Origin: Acidimicrobiia bacterium
GTDB taxonomy: Bacteria > Actinomycetota > Acidimicrobiia > Spongiisociales > ZC4RG35
DNA length: 64,000 nt
Assembly: GCA_965209025.1 (NCBI GenBank)
Contig: OZ242375.1
Location: forward strand, 997,562-1,061,561
Direction: 5' to 3'
The first letter of the stretch is position 1. Each line of letters opens with the position of its first letter. The notes under the pieces were generated by a model. That model worked only from the letters and a program-made list of their open reading frames with translations. It did not search any database and had not been told where the DNA came from. Below, one piece after another: positions 1-8,054 of the stretch. Both the position numbers and the translations under genes were made by a program.

Positions 1-1
1 C

Positions 2-1036
2 GCCCACATCACAGAGAACAACCTGCGGGAGACCGGTTTGCGACCCCGCGGCAAAGCCCGCTCCGAAGTAGAAACCGCAGTCGAGCTGGAAGAACTACCC
101 AAGACAGCGGAAGGAATGCGGGACGGAGAGATCCCCTATGAGAACGCCCGGATCCTGGCCAAGGCCTCCCAGCAAGGAGACATAGACGAAACAGAACTGG
201 TGGACAAGGCCCGCACCCAGTCACCTGACAAATTCGCAGGGACGGTCCGAAAGCACCAACAACAACGCTCCGAAGACGACGGCATGTCCCGCCTGGAACA
301 CCAACGGTCACAGAGGTTCGCCAAGATCCGCACCGACCGCACAGACGGCATGACCGTTTTGTACGGCCGGTTCGACCCCATCACCGGCGCTCTCATCGAA
401 ACCGCCCTATCGCAGAAGATGAACGAACTGTGGCGAGAAGAAGACCCCCGGGCAAGGTGCTCTCCGGGACAGCGAATGGCAGACGCCCTGGCAGGGTTGG
501 TCACCAGAGAAGACACCAACCAAGATGGTAAACCTCCCCGAGGACCCCGGTTGCTGTTGATCGCCGACTACGACGTCATCGACAAAGAGCTTCGCAACGG
601 CCGTCTCGGGGACGGCACACCCATCCCGATAAAGAAGATCAGAGACCTGGCCTGCCAATCGGACATCCTCCCCGCCATCTTCAAAGGTGTATCCCAGCCC
701 CTAGACCTGGGACGATCACGACGGGCCGCCACACCGGCCCAACGGATCGCCCTCGTAGCCCGGGACAAAGCCTGCGTGGGATGCGGCGCCAACTCGAACT
801 GGTGCCAATCCCACCACATAATCCCCTGGGCAATCCAAGGCAACACCGACATCGACGACATGTGCCTCCTCTGCTCACGCTGCCACCACAAAGTCCACGA
901 CGACCACTGGCAGATACGCAAAACACCAACCGGGAAGTACCACCTCAAACCGCCCCTCAAACACGACCGCCCAACAACCACCCGGCGCACCAGCAACCGC
1001 CGAAACCGCCGAAGCCCCTTCAAACAAAGGGAATAG
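2..1036 (+). CDS. DUF222 (13E12-repeat-like) HNH endonuclease, 5'-truncated by the window edge; probable mobile repeat element
   Basis: Frame is open from base 2. C-terminal RDKACVGCG...CQSHHIIPW...GNTDIDDMCLLCSRCHHKVH HNH motif, preceded by QRMADAL and PLDLGRSRR motifs typical of DUF222. More A-rich than neighbours. Confidence 0.85.
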   Translation, partial: AHITENNLRETGLRPRGKARSEVETAVELEELPKTAEGMRDGEIPYENARILAKASQQGDIDETELVDKARTQSPDKFAGTVRKHQQQRSEDDGMSRLEHQRSQRFAKIRTDRTDGMTVLYGRFDPITGALIETALSQKMNELWREEDPRARCSPGQRMADALAGLVTREDTNQDGKPPRGPRLLLIADYDVIDKELRNGRLGDGTPIPIKKIRDLACQSDILPAIFKGVSQPLDLGRSRRAATPAQRIALVARDKACVGCGANSNWCQSHHIIPWAIQGNTDIDDMCLLCSRCHHKVHDDHWQIRKTPTGKYHLKPPLKHDRPTTTRRTSNRRNRRSPFKQRE

Positions 1037-1063
1037 GTGCCGGACCGGGTAGTCGGGAGACGG

Positions 1064-1546
1064 CTACCGCGGCTGCGAGCGTATCCCCGCCTTGCCCCCG
1101 GCGGCGATGACCGATTCGACTGGATCGATCCAGCCGTCCTCGGAGAGATCCGCAAGGACGCCATCCAGCACCTCACGGTCGATGAGAATCGGAGGGACGA
1201 TCGAGACCAAACCCGACCGATCGAGACTCCCTGCCACCCAGCCCCCCTCCACCAATTTGACAGCTTCGGAGACCGGCCGACCGGACACCACTACGTCCCA
1301 GCCCTCGTCCAGGTCTGCCACCATGGCAGCGAAATCTTCCCCGGACGGGGCCTCACCACTTCCGGTTATGGCCACCGCCCGAACCGTGGGCGGCAACCGC
1401 CCGAGAGCCTCTTTCACCGCGCGGATGGAGATCACCAAGCCTCCGCTCCGCCGGATGGCCCCCGGAGTGACCAACACCGCGGTCTGTCCCAGGACCTGAG
1501 GGGAGGCCGGCGGCTGTGATCGGGAGGATGCTGGCTTGGTTGACAA
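1064..1546 (-). CDS. Degenerate IspD-like (C-terminal half of cytidylyltransferase fold) protein
   Basis: RPVSEAVKLVEGGWVAGSLDRSGL resembles the IspD PVxDTIK...TLDRxxL segment. No N-terminal AGGxGxR motif. Start uncertain. Confidence 0.5.
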   Translation of the reverse strand: MSTKPASSRSQPPASPQVLGQTAVLVTPGAIRRSGGLVISIRAVKEALGRLPPTVRAVAITGSGEAPSGEDFAAMVADLDEGWDVVVSGRPVSEAVKLVEGGWVAGSLDRSGLVSIVPPILIDREVLDGVLADLSEDGWIDPVESVIAAGGKAGIRSQPR

Positions 1547-1572
1547 GAGTCACCTACCCTACCTGTCACCTG

Positions 1573-2277
1573 ATGAGAAGCAACGGCGGTCGTGGTGGGG
1601 CCATACTCCTGGCCGGGGGGAAGGGTGCCCGCGCCGGGTTTCCCGCCAACAAGGCGTATGTGCCCATCGGTGGGCGGCCCATGATCAGCTACTCACTCGA
1701 GACCTTGGACCGTTCCCCCTGGGTGGCCCGACTTGTGCTGGTCATCAGACCAGAGGACCGCCGAGCAGCCGAACAGGTGGTGGAACGGCTCGGGATCACC
1801 ACTCCCTGGCTGATGGCGGACGGGGGCGAGTCCCGCCACGCCAGCGAGTACCGGGGGCTCGAAGCCCTCTCCGGAGAGATCGGGGAGGGACATATCGACC
1901 TTGTAGCGATACATGATGGCGCCAGACCCTTCGTCAGTCCCTCACTGCTCCACCAACTATTCGGTGACGCAGACCGTCACGGGGGCGCCGTGCCCACTTT
2001 GCCGGTGGAGGCGCCCACCCACCGCTTGGCCGGGCAAAGGGAGATCGCCCTGTTGGACCAGGAAAGGCTTCACCGGGCACAGACGCCCCAGGTCTTCGCG
2101 GCGCCGGAGCTTCTTGCCGCCTATCGGCGCGCTCAAGTGGCTGGTTTCGAGGGAGTGGACACCGCCGAAACCGTGGAACGTTTCTCCGAGATGGAAGTAA
2201 GAGCCACGCCCGGAGACCCGAACAACCTCAAACTCACCTTCCCCGAGGACTTCGCGTTGGCCGAGACCATCGCCTGA
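1573..2277 (+). CDS. ispD: IspD/TarI-family cytidylyltransferase
   Basis: LAGGKGAR...NKAY, IHDGARPFV, AQTPQVF and NLKLTFPED motifs. Confidence 0.85.
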   Translation: MRSNGGRGGAILLAGGKGARAGFPANKAYVPIGGRPMISYSLETLDRSPWVARLVLVIRPEDRRAAEQVVERLGITTPWLMADGGESRHASEYRGLEALSGEIGEGHIDLVAIHDGARPFVSPSLLHQLFGDADRHGGAVPTLPVEAPTHRLAGQREIALLDQERLHRAQTPQVFAAPELLAAYRRAQVAGFEGVDTAETVERFSEMEVRATPGDPNNLKLTFPEDFALAETIA

Positions 2278-2333
2278 TCCGGCTGACCACCCACTGAGCG
2301 GCCCTTCGGCCGGGCGACAGAGGTCTTAGGAGG

Positions 2334-2834
2334 TCACATGCCTCCACGCTTGACGCCACCGTACTTCATCCGGGTGTCGCTCATGGCCGCCGCTCGCTTC
2401 GTGTCGTCTCGAATGCCCGCGTCCACCACTTCCCCCACGAAGAGCGTGTGAGTACCGAAGTCAATAGCCCTCCGAACCTCACAATCCATGAAAGCGACGG
2501 CATCCTCGAACACCGGAGCACCGGTTTTCCCGACGCGCACCGCCCGGTCATTGAGAGTCATCCCCTGGCGGACAGCCGGCTTTGAGAATTTCACGAACAC
2601 GCGCTTGTCCTCGGGATCCCAGAGGTTGACCGTGAAGCTTCCCCCTTCGGAGATCAGCCGGTGGGTAACCGCATGGTTTTCCACCCCGATCCCTATCAGA
2701 ACCGGCTCCATGGACAGTTGGGTAATCCAGGACGTGGTCATGCCGTTCCAGGTCTCCCCGGAGGCGGAGCCGACCAAAGCCAATGCGTTCGGTATTTTCC
2801 AAGTGACCTTGTTTACGAGTTGATTTTCCAGCAT
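2334..2834 (-). CDS. Flavin reductase-like protein
   Basis: NGMTTSWITQLSMEP and DFGTHTLFVGEV motifs. Start refined to MLENQ at 2834. Confidence 0.85.
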   Translation of the reverse strand: MLENQLVNKVTWKIPNALALVGSASGETWNGMTTSWITQLSMEPVLIGIGVENHAVTHRLISEGGSFTVNLWDPEDKRVFVKFSKPAVRQGMTLNDRAVRVGKTGAPVFEDAVAFMDCEVRRAIDFGTHTLFVGEVVDAGIRDDTKRAAAMSDTRMKYGGVKRGGM

Positions 2835-2853
2835 CCCCTGTATTCTGGCAGAC

Positions 2854-3348
2854 ATGCGCATCTTGGTTTGCACCTCGGGTGTGCTGCAGGCACCGCCAGT
2901 CATAGATTTTTGTGCCCCTCTGGTGGGCGATGACGGAAAAGTCGTGATCATGACGGTGGTTCAGGTACCCCAATCCCTGCTGGATCAATTTCAACGTCAA
3001 CCTCGTTCGTTTCTCTCCGAGGACCTCCAGGACTCACCAGCGCACGATTCCGCTGCAGAAGCCGAATACGTCCGAGAGCGCGGCCAGCGGGCGGTGGCCA
3101 CGCTGGCGAGCGGGTTCCGATCCGCCGGAATCGATCCGGAAGTCTCCTACGTTTCCGGTCAGGACCTGGCGGAGACGATCATGGCCCAGGCCGAACAAAT
3201 GCAGGCCGATCTGATTGTCATGGGCGCCACCCGCCAATTGTTCGAAGGCGAGGTGTGGGCATCGGTCACGGCCCGGGTCGGGATGGAATGCGAGCGGCCC
3301 CTCCTCCTAATGCCCTCCCGACCCCCAGAAGAAACAAAGCTGCCCTGA
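2854..3348 (+). CDS. Universal stress protein (UspA family)
   Basis: MRILVC N-terminus, ADLIVMGA and C-terminal RPLLLMP USP signatures. Confidence 0.85.
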   Translation: MRILVCTSGVLQAPPVIDFCAPLVGDDGKVVIMTVVQVPQSLLDQFQRQPRSFLSEDLQDSPAHDSAAEAEYVRERGQRAVATLASGFRSAGIDPEVSYVSGQDLAETIMAQAEQMQADLIVMGATRQLFEGEVWASVTARVGMECERPLLLMPSRPPEETKLP

Positions 3349-3354
3349 CTTTCC

Positions 3355-3586
3355 TCCCGTCGGCCTCGGCGCCGACCGCCAACCCAGGGGTTTAATTTTT
3401 GGGTTCCCCTCCCGACCCGCCACCACCGTTCCGGTTGAATTTTTCGGATAGGCGCAGGCCTGTCCGAACCGAGGATTTCGGTCGTCGGCTTGATGCTTCT
3501 CTCCTTGGAGGGCTGTTAAGGGCCGCTCGCCGGGAGACAAGACTTGGTATTGATCGGGGCCTGTCCGGCGGCCGCGATGTTTCTTA
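3355..3586 (-). ncRNA. Candidate 6S/Ms1-like structured RNA
   Basis: Intergenic. Minus-strand promoter TTGAAA-N18-CACACT (3621-3592). Long-range stems 3574-3560 with 3388-3373 and 3537-3529 with 3416-3408 flank an A-rich asymmetric bubble. G-U pairs form only on the minus strand. Confidence 0.55.
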
Positions 3587-3694
3587 CCACCAGTGTGTGC
3601 GGCGCCTGGGACAGTTTTCAAGGCTCCCACCCGGTTTTTCTGGGTTTTTTTCGCGACCTTATCCCTCTATTCCCGCCACCCCTCCAGGAGGGGC

Positions 3695-4507
3695 CTAGTG
3701 CATCCCCCTGGCGGTGTTTATGGCGGCCGCCATCTGCGAGGCCGATCGAGCCATGTCGGAGGAGGTGGTCACTCCCCGCGAACTGTTAATGATCAGACCC
3801 CTCCCGTCCGGGTTGAGCCCCGCCTCCAACACCTCCTCCAACCTCCCGCCCTGGGGCCCCACTCCCGGCACCAGAAAAGTCATGTCGCCAACCAGCTCCC
3901 GAGCGGTGCGCAGGTCCTGGGGGCGGGTTGCTCCCATCACAAGAAGGCAGTTGCCCAAGCTGTTCCACTCCTCAGCCACCATCCGGGCCACCCGCTGCCA
4001 GAGCAACTCTCCTCCGACCTCCAGGGTCTGCAGATCGTCCGCTCCCGGATTGGAGGTGCGGCAGAGGATCACACAACCCCGCTCCCCCCGGTCCAGGAAG
4101 GGCTGAAGGGCGTCCCTTCCCAGCCACGGGTTCAAGGTAACGGCATCGAAGCCGAGCCCGTCGAACAAGAACCCTGCATAGGCCTCGCTGGTGGTGCCGA
4201 TGTCGGCCCGCTTTGCGTCCCCGATCACCGGGATGCCGGGGTGCTCCGATCCCAGATACTCCATGATCCTCTCCAGAGAGGCGATCCCCCCAGAGCCTCT
4301 CGCCTCGTAGAAGGCCAGATTGGGTTTGAACGCGCACACGAAGCGATGGGTCTGGGAGATGACCTGTCGACCCCACTCGAACAGGGCGTCGCCGGACCCG
4401 ACGGGCTCATCCTCGAAGACCAGATCCAGAGCAGGGTCCAAGCCCACGCAAAGCAGGCTCCCCGACTCTTCCATGCGGGCGGACAGCCGTTCGGAGAACT
4501 TGCCCAC
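3695..4507 (-). CDS. pyrF: Orotidine-5'-phosphate decarboxylase (subfamily 2)
   Basis: LCVGLDP, FKPNLAFYE, DAKRADIG and LVPGVGPQGG motifs. Confidence 0.95.
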   Translation of the reverse strand: MGKFSERLSARMEESGSLLCVGLDPALDLVFEDEPVGSGDALFEWGRQVISQTHRFVCAFKPNLAFYEARGSGGIASLERIMEYLGSEHPGIPVIGDAKRADIGTTSEAYAGFLFDGLGFDAVTLNPWLGRDALQPFLDRGERGCVILCRTSNPGADDLQTLEVGGELLWQRVARMVAEEWNSLGNCLLVMGATRPQDLRTARELVGDMTFLVPGVGPQGGRLEEVLEAGLNPDGRGLIINSSRGVTTSSDMARSASQMAAAINTARGMH

Positions 4508-5143
4508 CTAAGCGCCCGGGGCCCAGTGGTGAGGGTCACACCACCACCGCCGCGCCTCCTCAAGTGCCCGCAACGAGGCTTCTTCTCGCCGTGAGGCCGC
4601 CGTCAACAGGTCCATGAAGGGGACCAGGAGGGAGAGTTCCACCCCGGCCTCACCGAAGGCCGTGAAGGTCTCGTTGAAGCCGTAACCCGCCACCGACAGA
4701 CACATCGTCACTTCTCCGCCCGCCTCGCGCAGGGCCCCCGCCGCTTCGAGGCTGGAGCCCCCGGTGGTGACCACGTCCTCCACCAGCACCACCCGCCGTC
4801 CAATGACATCCGCGCCTTCCACCGCCCGCCCCCGGCCGTGCCCCTTGGCTTCCTTGCGGACGAAACAGGAGGGCAGACCCGCCTCGTAGGCCACGGCAGC
4901 GCTGTGCGGTATGCCGCCGGCCGCCACACCCGCCACCACTTCCACCCCACCGTCCAGAGCCCCGATAACCTCTCCCAACCCCTCGATCACCGTCCGCCAT
5001 GCCGACGGGACTCCGATCAACCGCCGGATGTCCATGTAGACCGGAGAACGCATCCCCGAGGCGAATGTGATGGGCCGATCCGGACAGAAGATCAACACCT
5101 CGGCCTCCAACAGAGCGTCTGCAGCCGACCGGTCCGCTGTCAC
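4508..5143 (-). CDS. pyrE: Orotate phosphoribosyltransferase
   Basis: ASGMRSPVYMD, VRKEAKGHG and VEDVVTTGGS PRPP-binding motifs. Confidence 0.95.
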   Translation of the reverse strand: MTADRSAADALLEAEVLIFCPDRPITFASGMRSPVYMDIRRLIGVPSAWRTVIEGLGEVIGALDGGVEVVAGVAAGGIPHSAAVAYEAGLPSCFVRKEAKGHGRGRAVEGADVIGRRVVLVEDVVTTGGSSLEAAGALREAGGEVTMCLSVAGYGFNETFTAFGEAGVELSLLVPFMDLLTAASRREEASLRALEEARRWWCDPHHWAPGA

Positions 5144-6255
5144 GTAAGCTCTTCCGACTCCGCCAGGATCAGCGCCGGGGCAGTCGGCCCGCGGAACACC
5201 AGGGCGCTCCAGTACTGGACCGCCGCCGCTCCCCGATCGAGAAAGTCACGGTAGCTCTGACCGTCCAGCACTCCCCCACAACCAACGATCTCGAATTCCA
5301 CTCCCGACTCGGTGCGGAACGAGTCCAGTTCCTCCACCACCTCCAAAGCCAGGCTGTGGAGGGAAGCTCCCCCCACCCCCACCCCTATCTCGGTCCCCGA
5401 CAGCCGGCCAGGCGCCGTGTTGGTCGCCACTATCGCCTCTGCTCCTCCCTCCACCGCCGCCTGGGCGATCGAGCCGTACCGGCCTCGACCCACATCCGGC
5501 GCCACCTTCACCCACAAGGGACTCGCCCCCCAAAGCTCACCCCGCACCGCCCTACACAGGTCGGCCACCTCCTCGGGAAGGCTCGACAGGTCATACCCCT
5601 GGTCCACATTGGGGCAGCTCACGTTCACCGTCGTCCAAGAGGGACGGACGCCGGCCTCCGCGAAATAGCGCACCGCCTCCGCCGCCTCCTCCACGCGACG
5701 GGCGGGATCGGCCTGGTCCGGATCCGAGGCGATACTGATCCCGTAGACCTCGGGGAGGTCCTCCGAACGATCACCCAAGAAGGCCGCCGCCGCGGCTGCT
5801 CCGGGGTTTCGCAGGCCCACCCGGTTGAGCAGGCTCTGAGCCTCGGTGTGTCTCCAGAGCACCTGTCCGGGGTTGCCCAGTCTCGGCCGGGGGGTGAAAG
5901 TCCCCATCTCCACCGGCCCCAGGAGCGCTCCAGCCGACCGCCACCCGGGGATGATGTTCCGGCCCCTCGCCACCGCCCTCATGGCCTCATCCTCGGTGAG
6001 GAACCCTTCCCCCTTCACCAGTCCCGCAGCCAGGATCAGGGGAGAGTCGAGGATGACCCGGCCCACCCGGCCGGACAGAAGGGAACGCCGTTCCCGGTAG
6101 CGGGCCGCCGCATCACAGAGTCCGGGATGCCGATCCAGGGCCGCCAGCCTCCCGATGACCATCCGGTGCGCGTCGTCGGGTGGGAGGGCGAATAAAAACC
6201 GGCGGAGCGCCCTATAGGTGGCCTCCCCGGCCGAGAGTTCAGCAGAAGTCGTCAT
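5140..6255 (-). CDS. pyrD: Dihydroorotate dehydrogenase (class 2-like)
   Basis: GTFTPRPRLGNP, LLNRVGLRN, NVSCPN, WVKVAPD, VATNT and VGCGGV motifs; within the pyr operon. Confidence 0.85.
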   Translation of the reverse strand: MTTSAELSAGEATYRALRRFLFALPPDDAHRMVIGRLAALDRHPGLCDAAARYRERRSLLSGRVGRVILDSPLILAAGLVKGEGFLTEDEAMRAVARGRNIIPGWRSAGALLGPVEMGTFTPRPRLGNPGQVLWRHTEAQSLLNRVGLRNPGAAAAAAFLGDRSEDLPEVYGISIASDPDQADPARRVEEAAEAVRYFAEAGVRPSWTTVNVSCPNVDQGYDLSSLPEEVADLCRAVRGELWGASPLWVKVAPDVGRGRYGSIAQAAVEGGAEAIVATNTAPGRLSGTEIGVGVGGASLHSLALEVVEELDSFRTESGVEFEIVGCGGVLDGQSYRDFLDRGAAAVQYWSALVFRGPTAPALILAESEELT

Positions 6256-7321
6256 ACAGGTTCGAACCGAATCCCTTCGGGGCTAGGACTTCACCGTCCT
6301 CGAAGACCACCGTATCCCGGATAACCACTCTTCTTATCATTCCAGACACCTCCATGCCGGAAAACGGTGTCCACCCGCACGAAGTGTAGAGGCTCTCGGG
6401 GGTGATAGTCCACCGAACCCCAACATCCACCAGCGTGTATGTCCCCGGCGGGCGGGGATCCAGTCCGAAGATCCGGCGGGGAGCAGCCGACACCAGGTCG
6501 ACCGCCCGCTCAGCGGTGATGCGTCCCTCTTTCACCGCGGTGAACAGAAGCGGAATAGTGGTCTCCAGCCCGGGCACCCCGAAGGCCGTGGGGTTACCGA
6601 GCTTCTCATCCCAGGTGTGGGGAGCGTGATCCGACTCCACCACGTCTATGACCCCTTGCCGGAGGCCTTCCCACAGAGCCTCGCGATCAGACCGGGTGCC
6701 CAGCGGGGGCTTCATCACCCCTCTGGGGCCCAGAGCCGGGAGGTCCCGGTCACAGAACACCAGATGATGGGGACAGACCCCGGCGGTCACCTTGGTCCCC
6801 CGCCTCTTGTGCTCGGCCACCTCGGACACCGCCCGGGCAGTGTCGATGTGACATAGGTGTCCCCGCTTCCCATGCCGGGCCAATGCCGCCAGGAACACGC
6901 TCACCGACTCCCCCTCGGCGTGGGCGGCCAGCACCCCCGGACCCGGCCAGGAAGCCACCTGGCGATCCATCTGGGATGGACCGATGGTCAAACCGCCGGT
7001 TGTGTGCCCGCAATAGAGCTTGATGCCGCACACCCTCCGGGACAGCCGGGCCAACTCGGCGGGCGGCCTCACCCCAGAGGGATGGGCGCCCAGCCATACC
7101 CCGTAGTCGCATCGGGCGTTCCTCCCCAGGTCTTCGAGCTTTCGTTCCAGACCCTGGCTGTCGGTGGTGGGGGGAGGAGTGTTGGGCATGTCCAGAACGG
7201 CCGTGTACCCGCCCGCCAGGGCGGCGGCGGTCTCGGTGGCGAAGTCCCCTTTGTGTGCCCACTCCATCCCCCGCAGGTGGACGTGGGGATCGAGCGCCCC
7301 GACGATCCGCACCAGGCTCAC
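6239..7321 (-). CDS. pyrC: Dihydroorotase
   Basis: DPHVHLR, DMPNT, PHHL, SDHAPH and PGLET amidohydrolase motifs. Confidence 0.9.
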   Translation of the reverse strand: MSLVRIVGALDPHVHLRGMEWAHKGDFATETAAALAGGYTAVLDMPNTPPPTTDSQGLERKLEDLGRNARCDYGVWLGAHPSGVRPPAELARLSRRVCGIKLYCGHTTGGLTIGPSQMDRQVASWPGPGVLAAHAEGESVSVFLAALARHGKRGHLCHIDTARAVSEVAEHKRRGTKVTAGVCPHHLVFCDRDLPALGPRGVMKPPLGTRSDREALWEGLRQGVIDVVESDHAPHTWDEKLGNPTAFGVPGLETTIPLLFTAVKEGRITAERAVDLVSAAPRRIFGLDPRPPGTYTLVDVGVRWTITPESLYTSCGWTPFSGMEVSGMIRRVVIRDTVVFEDGEVLAPKGFGSNLYDDFC

Positions 7322-7373
7322 GGCATTCCTCCCCCAATGCTTCGGGAGACCCCGCCCGAGAACCCGGTGACTG

Positions 7374-8054
7374 TCATCCGGTCACCCGAGCGGCCCGGAC
7401 CAACCCGAGGACCCGCTCCACCGCCTGGTCGGGGTTGAGGTCCGTGGTGTTTATCTCCACCGCATCCGGCATCAGCCGCATGGGAGAGGCTGTCCGGGTG
7501 GCGTCGGTTCGATCCCGACGGGCCAGGCTCTCCTGCACCGCCGACGTCTCCGGGGCGTCACCCAACTCTGCCAACCGTCGGCGGGCCCGCTCATCGGAGT
7601 CGGCGGTCAGATAGACCTTGACCGGCGCGTCAGGAAACACCACCGAACCGATGTCCCGACCCTCCACCACCGCCGACCCGCCCCTCTCCTCCACCCAGCG
7701 CCGCTGTGACTGCACCAATATCCTGCGCACACCGGGGAGCACCGCCACCTTGCTGGCTGCTTCCGTCACCCGGGGGGTCCTGATCTCGCTCTCCACGTCC
7801 TCACCGTCCAGGAAGGTCCGGCCCGCGTCCTGGGAGATCACCCTTCGCCCCACCACCTCCGCCGCCCCCCTCTCGTCATCGAGGTCCGCTCCCGCCCGGA
7901 GTACCGCCAAAGCGGCCGCCCGGTAGAACGCCCCCGTATCAAGCCAACCCAGCCCGAGTTCCCGTGCCAAACGCCGCGCCAGGGTGCTCTTTCCCGAAGC
8001 CGCCGGACCGTCTATGGCTATCACCCCCCGCCACCGGCCTGCGCCGGTGCTCAC
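7374..8054 (-). CDS. cmk: Cytidylate kinase
   Basis: IAIDGPAASGKST, LDTGAFYR and VEGRDIGSVVFPDA. GTG start overlaps the aroA stop. Confidence 0.95.
   Translation of the reverse strand: MSTGAGRWRGVIAIDGPAASGKSTLARRLARELGLGWLDTGAFYRAAALAVLRAGADLDDERGAAEVVGRRVISQDAGRTFLDGEDVESEIRTPRVTEAASKVAVLPGVRRILVQSQRRWVEERGGSAVVEGRDIGSVVFPDAPVKVYLTADSDERARRRLAELGDAPETSAVQESLARRDRTDATRTASPMRLMPDAVEINTTDLNPDQAVERVLGLVRAARVTG

Noticed and set aside
3347-3356. GAGGAAAGTC on the minus strand, the RNase P RNA signature
   Set aside because: It runs straight into the USP coding sequence, and no other RNase P conserved regions are present.
3380-3440. GGGGAACC resembling the c-di-AMP riboswitch
   Set aside because: The other conserved elements (GCTGAATC, CCCGTCAGCTAAC) are absent, and there is no downstream gene on that strand.
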